Positions 27,201 through 41,948 of a DNA stretch of 64,000 nucleotides are shown one piece after another. Numbering within the stretch: position 1 is the first letter of the stretch; the number at the start of each line of letters is the position of its first letter. The notes under the pieces are model-generated. The model did no database searches and was not told the origin of the DNA. It was given only the letters and a program-made list of their open reading frames with translations. The position numbers and the translations under genes are program-made. The DNA is from the human T2T-CHM13v2.0 reference genome, Homo sapiens: assembly GCF_009914755.1 (NCBI RefSeq), contig NC_060930.1; one strand, given 5' to 3'.

Positions 27201-28849
27201 AAACATTCTATGAGAGTCAAATGGCTATTTTCCTATGATATTTCTCATGTGCCCTGAGCTACCCATTTGGCTAATGCATGGGTATTACTATATATTATCA
27301 GCAAACGTTCTCCTGCCTCAACATTGTAATATAACATTGGAAAACAAGTTGTGTTCCTGTTTGACTTTTACTTCTTTATAGCTTCATTTTAATGAGAAAC
27401 ATGCAATCCCTCAGCCTCTGAAAGCAGAGCCAGCACAAACTGAATCCACCAAATAAACAGAGAGGTAATACTGATGCTCATTCTGGAGGCAGTTACAGAA
27501 TGTGGATTTGGTTTGTCGAGTAAGATATTTTAAGTGCTATTATCACATTTCCCAGCTTGAATAATCTGAAAGAAACTTAATCCCAAAGGAAGGAAAAACA
27601 GCTGTATCAAACAATTTATTTAGACAATCATTAGGTCTCTGTGAACTGTTTATTCTAAATAAATTTGAACAAAAACATTGTTTTTATAATTGTACTTGTT
27701 TTAATAAAATGAGAAGCTCATTTTTTCTTTATTTATAACTTAAAAATAGCAGGATAAAGAAGGTTTCTTTTCTGTTTTCTAAAGATGATAAAGTCTAAGG
27801 GAAAATTATCCTCACAATTAAATATCCTATAAGTGTAGTTTTTAAAAATGCAGAAAATAAAAAAAGGAGATTTTGTAAACAGCATGAGTAATAATAATAA
27901 TAATAGCATTTTGGGGATCATTTACCAAGTACAAGCACATAGCAAAAAGTTTATTTTGCTAAGAATATGTGCAATACATATGTGCAGAAAAGGTAACTGA
28001 TTTATTTTAAACATAAATCACCATGTTGTTAATAGTTAAATTCAATACAGATGATAATACATTCTAAATTTTCTAAATTGAAAATAAAGACAAGGTGAGT
28101 TACCAGATATTTGTTTCATATACCCTAAAACTACCTCTGAAGAGCTTAAAGATCATAATATATTTTAATTGGATTTAGAGTATCAAGTACTAGAATTATC
28201 CTTCCTATTGGCTTTATAGAAAAAAATTTAACAATTTTATAATATTAGGAAGTATTTTCTTGTTGTGTAAAGCTTTACATGTTTATTTAAATGTTTAGGG
28301 AATATTTTTATAATGTCCAATATGAAGATTTTTAGAGAAAATATTTTTGACTAAGAAAATTTGATGATAATACTGATATTATCCATTTAAAGGTAATAGG
28401 CATGCTTCGTAGAAAAATGATTATCACAGCTCATCTGCCACAATCTTTAGAAAGCCAAATATCAAATACAAAATAAATCACCTTCAGATAAATTGAGAAT
28501 CAACTAATTCTTATTATGCAGTGTTTGAATTTATCTGGCAGAAAGAAAGGTAATTGGCCAGAGTAATTTTTCTTAGCATCAGCCTTGGGTTGTGTCTGCA
28601 AAACACACTTGATGTGGAGTTATAAAAATTATAATGTCACTCACAATAATATGGACTATCTTCATAGTTAATTTCTGTTCCTTCTCCAGGGCTCCAGGAT
28701 CTCTAGCTGTAGCTGGTTCCTCAGCATCTTAACATCTCTTTTTTAATTTTCTGTAACGTTGCCTACATGTCATCGACTTTTCTTTAGAATCTGATTTCAA
28801 AGTTTCTTCTGCTTCCTACCCAGATCCTGATTGACACAGTGGAGCATCT

Positions 28850-29040
28850 CACTGGAGGAATATAATTTTACAAACATAGGCCGGACTTTCAGGAGGGAGG
28901 CTAGGTCTGGACACTAGATTTCAGAAGCATGGCATATAGTGGGAGTTGAAGCCAAGAGAATAATTTCGATTACCCAGGTGGAGCATGTAGAGTATGTAAA
29001 AAGGCCAAAGAAAGAAGATATAGAGAAGAGACTAAAAAAA
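28850..29040 (-). mobile_element. L2 fragment
   Basis: 'caggagggaggctaggtctggacactagattt...gcatatagtgggagttgaagccaagaga...acccaggtggagcatgtagag'. Confidence 0.55.
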
Positions 29041-29430
29041 AAAAAATCAAGGCAAGAAGAGAATTACTAGAAATTGACACTTAAATGAAAAGCAGGGGGT
29101 TACAAATAGGAGAGAACTATCAAAAGTTATAAATAATAAAAAGCACACTGTATACATATTCAAAAGCAATCATCGAATCGGAAGAGTAACATGTTCCTTT
29201 TTATTGCCAGAAAGTTTCAAGAAAACTAAAAATCTGGAAAATGTTTTTTATACAATAAAGTAGGTAGAAAGCAAAGTTAAAAAGAATAATCTTTTGTAAG
29301 TCCTGGTGTTTGTGGGAAGAAGAGAGGTAGAGTACTGGGCTTGTAGTAACTAGTAGAAAAATAGTATTTGGTGGAAAATAAAGGATAAAAATTTTAGGGA
29401 ACACAATTCGTTGTATAAATTTTCAATTTA

Positions 29431-29553
29431 TTTTCCTTTTTTTGTGTGGTATGAGGGTCTTACTATGTTGCCCAGGCTGTTCTCAAACTCAGTTTTCTCA
29501 GCCTCAGTTTTCCAAGTAGCTGAGATTATAGGAGTGTGCCACAGAACTTGGCT
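29431..29553 (-). mobile_element. Alu monomer (FLAM/FAM-like)
   Basis: T-run followed by 'gggtcttactatgttgcccaggctgttctcaaactc...tcagcctcag..ttccaagtagctgagattatagg'. Single arm only. Confidence 0.8.
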
Positions 29554-32500
29554 ATTTCTGTCTATTTCTGACATTAAAAACCAGAGAAATATATATATAT
29601 TTTTTGCCCTCAGCCCAGCATATCTTAATCAAAAACCCCTTATTTGGGAAAAAATACCATTGGCTAAACCAGCTTCAAATGCTGCAATATTTGACTATAG
29701 AGCTTCAGAAACCATAAGAATCTATTTTAAAATATATCAAAAAATTATACCCCTGGAATAAGTAACATTCCCTTAATTCAACATGATGATGTTGACATTT
29801 TTGATCTCATAACATGGGTCAACAGCCTCACAAATCTATGACAAGTGTTCACAGGCTTCTTCACACACACATGAATGCACAGAAATGCAAAATACTGCCG
29901 GGCTCTTCTAACCTGTCAGAAAAGCACCCTCTATTCTAATCAGGCTTTTGTCTGGCCCAGGAGACCTATTTGAGGCTCTCATCTAGACTGGTGCAGACCT
30001 TCCAGAAGTCTTGTTCATGTTCTAAATAAGTCAACTGACAAATTTTTATCAACATCTGTGACTTCTTTGCACTAAAATATCTTGAGATGTTTATATAAAA
30101 TGTATATGACCCGGCGCTTTCCCAGACCATTTGAATTAAAAATTATTTTGATGGGATCAAGACTCTTCACGTTAATGAGGTTCTTGGTATATTTGTTTGC
30201 ACAAAAAAATTCTGAGAAATATTGCCCTCAGCTGGATACAAATGTAGACGGATGAAGTAGCTGGGAACCCTTGTTTGACTAGCAGTTGCTTCTCTTCTCT
30301 AGGAGACCCTGATGTATTTTGTTTCCTTTGAATAAAACTTCTATTAAACTATGTCAAATTAAATCTAAATTAAACAAACACCAATTATAAATTGTCATTA
30401 ATCTAAAAAGTAAAAATACTCCACTATCCAGGAAACAGGAGACAAGTTATGAAGGAATTGCTTGTTTTAGAGTCTCAAATCTTTCTCTTCTGTGGCTAGA
30501 TTCCTGACGTCACTTTTGGCAGTGTAACAAGTACAGCTAGAGGAGACGACACAACTGTGACAATTACCGGTGGAGCAAATGGAAGTACTCTAATGTGTTA
30601 GCATTATTCAGCAGGCATCTGGTTTTTTAAAATTCCTAGATATTAAGGTTACTGGGGGCTCTTCTACAGACCACAGATATGAATACCATGAAGGTGAAAT
30701 GCTGAAACAGGATTATTTTAGTGATAACTGACAATAGCAAAATGTCTTTAAAACAATAACTCTTTTACTAACAGTACAATAAACAAATGTCACCACTAAA
30801 AGTTAAATGTTTGTACATTTAGAAACAGTTAGGTAGCTCTAACTGATGAATGCACTATTAGTTTTATTACTTATCTTTATGGTTGTCAGGGTCCATTTAC
30901 TTGAATAATACATATAAGCAGAGTGTGCTGATTCTAATAAACTTATCTGGGGCTTCAACACCATGTGCAAACCATCTGAGCTACTCTTTACAGTTGATGT
31001 TAACCAGAAAACCTTAATAAAATAAAAGCATATTATTCTTACAGTTACTCATAGTTTATTCATTTTGAAACACATTCTGCCCTTAAATACTTGCATGCCC
31101 ATCTTGTTGAAGATAATGGGATTTGTCTTGGGTAATAAAAGTCAGAATATGGCTAAATAGACATTATGGAATTTATATTAATTTATAAGCATGTATCTTC
31201 ATTACCGTATAAAGTGAATATAATTTGGCTTTCTGTGATCAGTTTTTGCCTTGCCTCTCCAAAAATTTTTTACAAAATATGGTACATAAATTGATACAAC
31301 GTATCTGAACAATAATTAACTCCATTATTGCTGTACCATCTGCCCTTTTCATGTGCCATCATTTCAACTAATCACTTATAATAGTGTTCAAGATGCCTAG
31401 AGTGTCTGAAGTTATCAGAGCAAAATTCGTGGTTTAATAAGCAATGCCAGTGGTAGAGAGCCCTGGGTGCTAATTGGGCAAGGCCTCTCCTCCTCCCACT
31501 GCCTTTCTACTCCCTTTGAAACAGTGTAAGGCAATATGTGAAGAGTGAATGTATGCACAATGGAGGAGAGTGCCTCAAGCATCCTTCCATAAATTCCCAA
31601 TCCACAGGCCTCACTTCTTCTTTTATGCACCTCTCTCTACTACGTAAGTCTATCACTGTCTGGTTCACCTTCACAATAAAAGCAATTCTCCAGAGAAAAA
31701 ATCCATCACCAGAAATGATACCAGCCCATATCATACACATAAGAAAAAGGATGGCTTTAGTACATTAGCCATACACAACATTTTAGCTGGTTAATGCTTT
31801 CTGGCTACTTTTTTTCTCAAGAAATGTTTCATCAACTATTTTTGAACTTTTACTGCATTTTTAGGCTTTTTTCTATCTGTTGTCGTCCTTCCACTTACCT
31901 AATTTATTTATTTATACTCTTCTTCTCTCTATTTATTCCTTCCAAAATTATTATTTAATATTACCGAGAGAACTTAAATTAAAAGTAAGGAGGGACTGAT
32001 ATTCTTCTGGTTAAATGTCAAATGTATAAATATATGACCTTTGTCTTTATGTGTTAATGAAGGTAATTTTAAAAGTATTGTAGTCAAGTTCAACTGACAG
32101 ACTATCTGTCAACACTCTGCAAGGGAAATTAAGGCCTACATATTCTACATTAATCACCTGTAACCTGGTACCGAAATATACAAGATTTTCAGGAGCTACC
32201 TTGTATTTGAAATGTTTTGTTGGAGTTTTGTTTTGGCCTTTAGGGGAACTGAGGCTTGTTTAAGTCTTTTAGTCTTCTTTTGTCAAGAAACCAACGTCCC
32301 ACCTTTGTGGATAATAAGAACCTAACATCTTTAACTTAAAAGCAGGCCAAGTTCTCACAAAAATGTGAAATAGAAAACAATTGCCTTTGGCTTCCTGTCC
32401 CCTTAGGGGCTTCACGTTTTCCTGGCATTATTCTGTGTCGTATAGAAAACCACTACCAGGAAAGGAGCTAAAATTGATGCACATGGAGTGATAAGTGACT

Positions 32501-33133
32501 GCATCTAATCAAATGACTTTTATTATTCTGCAACAACTTGTGAGCTTCATATTGATTATGATCTGAATCATCGCTAATAAGAAGACAGTTATTATTTTTA
32601 TCTTGGACTGAAATATATCTCACTACAAAAAATTCTAACTTGGCTAGTGAGCTAGATCGGCTCCGTTCCTTGCTAAGAAAGAAGGCTACATATGCATACT
32701 ATGTATGTGCAATTCCATCTGCATTCAAAAGTAGGTGACAGTTCACTTGATTCTTGCAGTCATGCTCCTACTTGTAGCTACAAGATGAACAGAGATATCC
32801 GCAGTCTTACTGTGACATAGTGCTTCCTTCGCATTTAGGAGAAAGTTTATAGAGAATTCTGGCAAAATTATCATGCCAGAATAAATGTATTTTCTAAAAA
32901 AATGCATTGTTCTATTTTTTTGCAAGACAATGTCTTTTTTTCAGGGCTAAATATTTTTATCTGAATGCAGGTAACGTTAATATAATCAGAATAGACCCAT
33001 TTATAGATTAATAAATCCATCTCTTCTCAATAGCCTCTTTGCATCTTCTATGGAGCAAACTGTTCTAAAATATGTTTATAAATCAATATTTAGGGATCAG
33101 ACTTGGAATGAAGGGAAAACGATATTTTAAAAC

Positions 33134-33786
<653 letters not shown>

Positions 33787-35151
33787 AAACATCTTTGAAC
33801 AAAATATCTAATTTCCTCTAGAATAATGCATACCTTATAAATATATATGCATATGTATATATTTCACCCATATTAGTCTATTTGATTATACCATTGGTTA
33901 CATATATAAAAATGCTTATTTTAATAAGAAGAAATATTCTGAGGAACTAGAATTTAAGTTTACAGTTATACTCTCTTTATTCAGGATGATTATTTATTTT
34001 GTATGCTTCAGGATATCGTAGATAACTCAAAATGATGGTTCTTGACTACTAGTAATACACACTCAATATCAACACCTGTGAAGAAGTCAAGATAGTTTCT
34101 AAAATGAAGAGTTTATAAAGACCTTCCTTTTTAAGAACTGCTCATTTGTATTCTTGAATATTCTTTTAGAAGCATTAATTGTCAAGATGTTGAAAAAAAC
34201 TGTTTTACATAATGTTGCTGCCTGTTCTTGAGGAAAAACTTAAAATCAGCATTATTTCCTTAAGTAGCTATTCATTTTTAAACTATTAACTATTTAATAA
34301 ACATCGTGAGTTTTTTTGATGCCATAGGACACCTACAGTCGTTCATAGTCTCTATTCTAACCAGAAATATCTTTAATTCAGAAAAGGTAAAATGTAACTT
34401 CCAAGATAATGCATGCATTAGGAAAATTTTGCAAGTGCTTAAGTGATTATTTAACATGATTCATTGTTGTGAGCGTATTATAGATTATACAATGAATTAA
34501 ATTAATAAGTAAAAATAGTAACATCTCTTTTTCAAATTACAATTAGTGGCCTTAAATTTGAAAGAACATTTGTGGTTCACACCTATAATAAACCAGGCAC
34601 TAATGAAATACTGCTACAAATTGCTGCTAAAGTCTACATCATCAGTATGAAAATTATCTCAGTGTGTCAATGGTAACTCTTTCATTACCTTTCTGACAAT
34701 TTCAGTTTCAGTGGTTTCTCATGTGTAAGACAAGTTCCACTCTCAGAAGCAGGCAGAATTCTTGGTTACCCCATTCCTCCTTGTGAATCTGATTAAAGCT
34801 CTAGGAACAGCTGTAAATTTTACCTTTTACATGAAGTTTTTTTTTAATCTCCAGTTCTTATCTACCTCGATATTTTTCCAGAGTCCACAGTGTTAACAAT
34901 TATACATCTTCCTTTAGCCTTAATTTTATGTCAGTCAGTGTTAGATGTAAACATATAACTACTATACAAACTAAGTTGTAAACTAGCTTTATAATCTAGT
35001 TTATACTCTTTTGGAAGAGTGTAAATTTTCCATCTCAGATTTCAATTGTTTCCACAGTTCCTAGTGCCATGTTGCAATACTCTTAGTTTGACTAGCAAAC
35101 ATTAGAGTTGTAGTGATCAAGGCATTTTAAATATTAGCAGAACAAGTAATA

Positions 35152-35220
35152 TTCATTGTACATCAAAATTTATATTCTTGTGACTTCATTGTACATCAAA
35201 ATTTACATTCTTGTGACTTC
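35152..35220. repeat. 33-bp tandem duplication (2 copies, 1 mismatch)
   Basis: ttcattgtacatcaaaatttaYattcttgtgac at 35152-35184 and 35185-35217. Confidence 0.95.
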
Positions 35221-35344
35221 TAGGTTCTAAAGAAATATAGAATAAATTTCTAGGCTTTCTATTTTATCAGCAAAAACATCTTCATTTCCTTAGATTCTCC
35301 CTTTTCTGATTTTTAGAGCATCATCATACTTGGATTTATGTTAC

Positions 35345-35428
35345 TTCTTTCAATTGTCTCCTAAAATACGTCTGGGAAAACTGAACATAGGTTCCAAATG
35401 TAGTTGTCAAGAACTGTGAAGAGTGATA
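35345..35428 (-). mobile_element. L3/CR1 fragment
   Basis: 'tcaattgtctcctaaaatacgtctgggaaaactgaacataggttccaaatgtagttg' resembles the antisense CR1 RT segment. Confidence 0.45.
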
Positions 35429-35444
35429 TTTCACCTAATTGCAA

Positions 35445-35905
35445 GCTGAAAGTTAGCCTGCCATAGTATCTTGGGTGCTAACAGAAGACACGAGCCTCCT
35501 ATATAGGAGACAATGGACTTTATTCCTCACTGCAAAATGAGCAGTTGAGCTTTATATTTTTGTCAATCCCCCTTGTACTCAAAGTCAAACAATGGTGATG
35601 GCAAGTGGCCCAAGTAGATGTCGAGTAGGCAGAGAGATTTGTGTTACAGGTAAGAAACACCAAACCTAGGAAACACCAATTTTTAAATTGGGCTGCAAGT
35701 GAACTTTTCACTGGAGGGAGACATCCGTCTTATATTGGACAGAGAATAAATCTTCCCTCTGCTCCTGAAGAAGACACTATCTTTATCTACCAAGCCACTT
35801 TGCTATGCAAACGTCCTTGAAAAGATAGTCCAGAAAAAAAGCTGTCAGTTACTTTCTTTGCAAGACGTGCAGACATATGAACTCTCTCCCAAGGGTGGTC
35901 TCATT
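35445..35905 (-). mobile_element. LTR40-like (ERVL) solo LTR
   Basis: Minus strand 'TCTGCACGTCTTGC...CTGGACTATCTTTTCAAGGACGTTTGCATAGC...GATAAAGATAGTGTCT' matches the remembered LTR40 5' part. Confidence 0.75.
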
Positions 35906-37939
35906 AACTTAGAGCAAAATGAAAGTATAGATATCTTTTTTGATGTGCAATAAGTGACAATAATTTGCAGACAGAAGATATGCTCCCACACACTGGTATA
36001 ATATAATATAATCAATTCTGATTCTTACACATGACAGTGTCAATTGACATACCATTGCAGTAATATGTTGCCTAATTCTTGACTACCAAATAGAAATTCA
36101 ATAATGCAATTGCATTTAGACCCAATAAAAAATTTCTCATTGGATCCATACAATTATACAATGTTTCACAGGTTCAGTTTTTCAAGAGACGGTGTCCTAG
36201 CTAGAGTAGCAGATACATACAGCTTGTCTTCCAGCACATACTACACCAGTCAATAGTCTCCCAAAAATCTACTTAATCCTGTAGCATTGTATAAAGGAGT
36301 GTTCACTCTTTGACCAGAAGATTCCATGGGACCATAGTAGGACATTTGGGTTATCATATGGGAAGAGTTTTATTTTTAAAATTTTTTACAATGATTATAG
36401 ATCATTTTAATCATTTATATTTCTTTCATTGTCTTGATGCCTTCGGAACCATGGCAGCACACAGAATACTTTAACATTTAAAAACAATAACAATAAATTA
36501 TATGCATAATAATGTTTCAGTTAAGCTCTTAAATTAGCAGATAGGTTAATAGAAAGTTGTAGGAATGAAAAACACATGTCCCTGGAGTGTTAAACAGTCT
36601 GCTCCAAAGCAGGGGTATTTCTACTTTGAAATAGTTAAAGTAATATTTTACATCTCAAAAACTTTCACAATATGCTTTGGACTTGATTGCTTTGTCAAAT
36701 GTCTCCAATCTTGTGAAAATATTCCCTGATATTTAATTAACTGAAGCCTTCTCTTCAGATACAACCTCAATTGTAATTAAAAATGCATGTGTCAACATTT
36801 CTAATTAGTGGTGGTAATTAATATTTATTGAGGGTGCACAGGGCAGGTGGTGATGTTCTAGACCCTTGAGTAGCATGAGCAGAATTTCAGAGAAAAATAC
36901 ATTATGGCTGCATGTATATGGCAAGGCGCACTCACAGGGTTTGTAAATTAAAGGATGAGGAGTTACTTTAGTGACTGTCATGTTGCCCCAAATATGCCAT
37001 GATTTGACAATAGAGAAGCAAGCCAAGATGAAAACGATATGGCCAACATTTTCCCCTCTTAAATTTGTATTTCACTTCTTGCAATTTGATTATCTAAAGA
37101 CTAGAACTAATTAAGATTTATAACAAACTCATTGAGGCAGCTGTTTGGAAAAGAAAATGATGATTTTGGAAAAGTAACGACTACAAATAGGATTGATTAT
37201 TTGTTAACAAACACTATGAATACAGAAAATGCTGAAATTAGTTAGCTAAAATGGCAAACTGTGTAGGTTCAATAACGGTATGTTTATACTGAGTCTTAAT
37301 ATCCTGTGATCTTTATCTGACATTTCACCCTGGAGATGTTTATACTATGAAGTACTTTGAAGTTTCATGCATGAAAAAGTACTCTGATGCTCTTCAGTTT
37401 TATTAAAAGTTGAATGGAAAAAAAGAACAAAACAGAGCCAAGAGCAATAATTATTAATATAAACCACATAATATTCAAAACAAAATTAGATGATAATATA
37501 GCACAAAAGCTAACAAGATAGGTTGGAATAAAACAAGGTACAATATTGTATTTAGGTCCAAAGATTAAACAAATAATATTATATATCAAAACAAGTTTAA
37601 TTTTAATCATTTAAGAATATATTTTTAAAGCATAAATGTATTTGAAATGATAAGGGAACAGTTTCATGTACTCTGTAATCAAAAGATATATAAATAGAAG
37701 GGATAGTATTTAAATGACACCAAAATCAGGATATTTTTAAAAAATCATAAACTTGAACACTTTAAAATTATGTAGACATACATTACATAGGTAAAATGCA
37801 TGTATATACAAACACTATATATACTTGTAATTAAGAACTGTGAAAAGCAAGTGACAAAAAGCAAAACATATGAAAATATGAAACACCAAAGCTTATCCTT
37901 AATTCTATTGTTGTTTCTAAGGAAAAACAGTAACACTGA

Positions 37940-38930
37940 AATAAGAAAAGATAAACAAGGGGAATTCATGGGTAATTCACAAAAGAAAAATACAAAAATG
38001 AACAATAAGCATACAAAAATGTATTTACAGTCAATTAAAACTGAAGAAATAGAAAATCCAACTTAAAATGGCAATAAGGTTTTTTTGACCTACTACATTA
38101 GTACATGTTAAAATGTTTCAAATTTTGTTTTCATGTGTTGAGAACCTGTCATATTTATATACTGTTGATGGGATGCTGAAAATTAGTACCATCTTTTTGG
38201 TGGACATTTGAGTCTATGTATCAATTCCACTTCTAGGTATTTCTCTGAGGAGTTAATCAGCAACTGGCCAAAGTTGAAGTGACAAGGACTGGAGTAGTTA
38301 GTGCCCTGAATAGCAAAAACCTAAAAACAATCAAAATATTAGTCAATAGCAAATTTGTTAAATTATGAAGTGCTCATTCACTGGCATAATATGCAACTGT
38401 ATTAAATATTTAGGTTAGAATGCATTGATATGGAATATCAATGATAAGTTAAGCGTGAAAAATGGATTACAGAAGAATATATAGAGCAAAACGTAAGCAG
38501 TGTTTTTTCAAAGCATGTTAGTGGAATATAACTTCCACAAAAAAGAGTTATGCAATCTGTATAATCAAATTGTTTGGAAAATGATGCATATTTTATCCTT
38601 TTTTTAGAGAGTCACAAGGCATATGAGTATATTACAGGCACTGAAAAATCTGGCCACAAAACAATTTTGTTTAGGTCAAATTGCTTGCTAAAATTATTTT
38701 GTGTTTTTTTGCATAATTTTTTGGAATATTTCCGGTCTAGTACTCCATATTTCACTTTGGAAAATGTTGCTGTGCATGCATAGAAACAAAAATCTGTCAA
38801 GGGAGATACCAAATTAACAATGGTCACCCTAGAGAATGAGAAATTTAGAAACTTTAATGTTCTAGTTTATACATTTCTCACATTGCACCATATTTGTTTT
38901 TTTTTAACTTGGGTAATTAGAAAAATAAAA
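37940..38930 (+). mobile_element. Highly diverged L1ME 3' portion
   Basis: 'aattcacaaaagaaaaatacaaaaatgaacaataagcatacaaaaatg', 'actgttgatggga', 'caattccacttctaggtattt', 'accaaattaacaatggtcacc'. Confidence 0.6.
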
Positions 38931-40544
38931 GTTTAAAAGGAATGAGTGAGTGAAAATGAACATAAGTGCAGGCTGCTGGTTTAAATAGCACCTTCCATAT
39001 AGCCTTGTAGACTCCTCGCTTAAATATCTAATAAAGTTTTCAAAAAATTACTAACTTACAAAACACCTAAAACTACACCTTACAGAAATATTATAATCAG
39101 AATCTTTGGAGTATTTACCCTAACCATAAAGTCATGGGCCTGAATATAGAAAATATATTCATGTTTCATTTTATGAAACATAATAGCATTGTCAGCCTCA
39201 AAAATGGTACTCATTTTGTTTCTTTCCCATTGCATATTTTCAGTCCCAGAGTCCCAGCTTTGATACCAACCAAATGCTGCCACTTCCTATAGCATGCTTT
39301 TGGAATGGCCAGAGCAGTGATCATCTGCTGCACCTATCTCCTGTAATTTTTAAATCCATCTGGACATGGCAAATTTCTGGAAACAAAGGTCAGAAATGAA
39401 GTTAGCCAGTGGTGCTTGCATCCAGTCTAAGGTGTCGTTTCCACCAGTAAAGTGTGGTGGTCTGAAAGGAGAAGACCAAACTACTGAGAGCAGGCACTGT
39501 ATGAATTAAAGATGATCATGGATGCCATAGTTCAGAGAATCCAAAAAACAAATAATGAGGATAGTAGAAGAGATACATTCAGTTTAGCAGAGGCACAGAG
39601 AAAACTGCCAACTGAGCTGGTTGCTACATTAATCTGCCATCCTCCATTTCTCCCACTAGTGGTTAACCTAAAAAGAGACACTGAGTAAGGTAAAAGGCAT
39701 GCCATACCCCTTTCATTTACCAAATATGGGGCCCATGAATGAAAGAAATAAACAAACATGGGACCTTTGAAAGGGAAAAGAGACATCAACTTTGTCTTCC
39801 TCCACTTACCTTTTAGGATGGTGCAGGAACTATAAGAAAATTTTGACAGCTACTTCCTATCTTCCTTTCTTCACATGAAGTGAAGAAAGTCAGCCACAAT
39901 GAGAAAAGAAAGATGAGGTAAACATGTCAAAAATGTCTGCCTCAACTACAGAAAAATAAATGGAAATGGAGGAAAATGAAGCTGGTTAAGATGAGGTAAA
40001 ATTTGCAGAAATTCTAAGCTGTGGGAGTGAGAGAGACTCCACTGCATATGATAAAGGGCACCAATAACACTGCACACGTTCTTCCACTGAACACACAGAT
40101 CTTGACTCTGATGTACAATATGCCCTATTCTGGATGTTGAGGACATAAGGATAAGCAAAGTGAAGTCTGTTTAAAATTATGATGTGGAAGATATAAGGAA
40201 CTTCTAAAATACAGACAAAAACCACAGACGTAAAACTCAAAGGCAAATGACAGATACGTGGGCAAGAAAGGGTGAACCAAAAAAAAAAAGGATGATAGCT
40301 CTTTAAAAGGTGGGGGTGTGGGTGGATGTGAAACAATTCTCTCAGGAAACAAAGTCAGTTAACCAAGAAACAAGGTACATTTTCTTTGGATTACAAATAT
40401 TAATACATACAAGGGTTTCATATTCCACCAGAAAAAAAAAAGATTCAAGGATGAAGAAATGCATTATCCTGCAAGCATGTCCTCAAACTTCACATCATAC
40501 CAAGGACACCCTCTCTTATTACAATATCTCATAAACTTTGACCA

Positions 40545-40800
40545 GCTCAATAAGATGAAAAACATAAAAGAAGCATAGGAATTGAAAGAAGTCTATAAAA
40601 CATTATTCTTTGTAAATTATTTTATTTTTTCCCGAGGCACGGGAGAATCAACTGGAAAATAAAAAATCATTAGGATCACTAATTAAAGTGGCTAGTCACA
40701 AAATAAATATACACTATCAAGAGTTCTCTTAATTTCCTTACGAGCCAGCAATAATTTGAAAATTTTTGGCAAACGATTAAATCCACAATAATGATAACAA
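40545..40800 (+). mobile_element. Diverged L1 ORF2 (RT) fragment
   Basis: 'caataagatgaaaaacataaaagaagcataggaattgaaagaag...agaatcaactggaaa...aaagtggctagtcacaaaataaatatac'. Confidence 0.55.
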
Positions 40801-40933
40801 TACAAGCACAGGAAAATTCAGTCATTTTGTTTTGTTACTATTTATCATACATATAATAATGGTGAAAAGCTAGTATTAATATGTCAGAACTATTATTTAG
40901 CCACAAACAACCGTTTTCGAAAAACTTATGATA

Positions 40934-41228
40934 GGCCGGGCACGGTGGCTCACGCCTGTAATCCCAGCACTTAGGGAGACTAGGGCAGGTGGATCACGAG
41001 GTCAAGAGATCGAGATCATCCTGGCCAACACTGTGAAACCCTGTCTCTATGAAAAATACCAAAGATTAGCTGGGCGTGGTGGCAGGTACCTATAATCCCA
41101 GCTACATGGCAGGCTGAGGCAGGAAGGAGGCGGAGGGTGCAGTGAGCCCAGATTGTGCCATTGCACTCCAGCCTGGGCAAAAAGAGTGAAACTGTCTCAA
41201 AAATAAAAAAAAAGAAAAGAAAAGAAAA
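40934..41228 (+). mobile_element. AluSc-like, with a ~15-bp right-arm deletion and (GAAAA)n tail
   Basis: 'ggatcacgaggtcaagagatcgag'. TSD gaaaaacttatgata at 40919-40933 and 41229-41243. Confidence 0.95.
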
Positions 41229-41948
41229 GAAAAACTTATGATAATATAGCCCAATAGTCCAATATTACTTAAGAATAAAACAGAAATATATCACGTCATA
41301 TATTTTGTCATATAAATTTCTAAAACATATGTTCATAGAAAAAATGAAAAGCTTTCTATCTTAAATGGTGAGATTAAAGGCCATTTTTATATTTCTTAAC
41401 AATAATCATGTTCTACTTCAGAAAAATGTGTTATTTCAACGAAAAGGCTTATGTACTTCTAGAGATGGAAAAGATGGAACTTGGAGTTAAGTAGCTATAA
41501 AAAACATTTTTGTTTTAATTAAGTACTAACCAACAATCATTCAATAGCAAATAGTCTACTGTGGCCCTTTTAATACCAACAATTCTTTCATAGAAAAATA
41601 ATTGTGCTGATCATAAAAAGTAGTAACTCCAATAACTTGGCTCTGGTGGCAGTATTATGGAGTGTGATCATCTGAATATCACGAATTTAGAGTCATTTTG
41701 ACAAACGAACTGTGGGTTCACTAATAATCTTCATGGATAATAAAGCATATGACGACTATGTTCTTGAAGGAGTAGCTGGTGAAATACAGTATTTACCAAA
41801 AAAAAAATCCCAGGAAATCCTCAAGAAATATTAAAAGAACTAGCTGGAAATGTTTAAAGAATATCAAAGTTCAGAGAGGGGAAAAAGTCATTTGGCTTTG
41901 TCTATGTATTAGTTAGGCCTCTCCAGAGAAACAGGATCTGGGAACTAG

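Noticed and set aside
22341-32663. 12-mer ctagatcggctc at 22341 and 32652
   Set aside because: 12-bp matches are expected by chance in 64 kb, and the homology does not extend.
39946-40534. Overlapping ORFs up to 116 aa
   Set aside because: Compositionally biased translations of purine-rich DNA, with no domain or exon structure.
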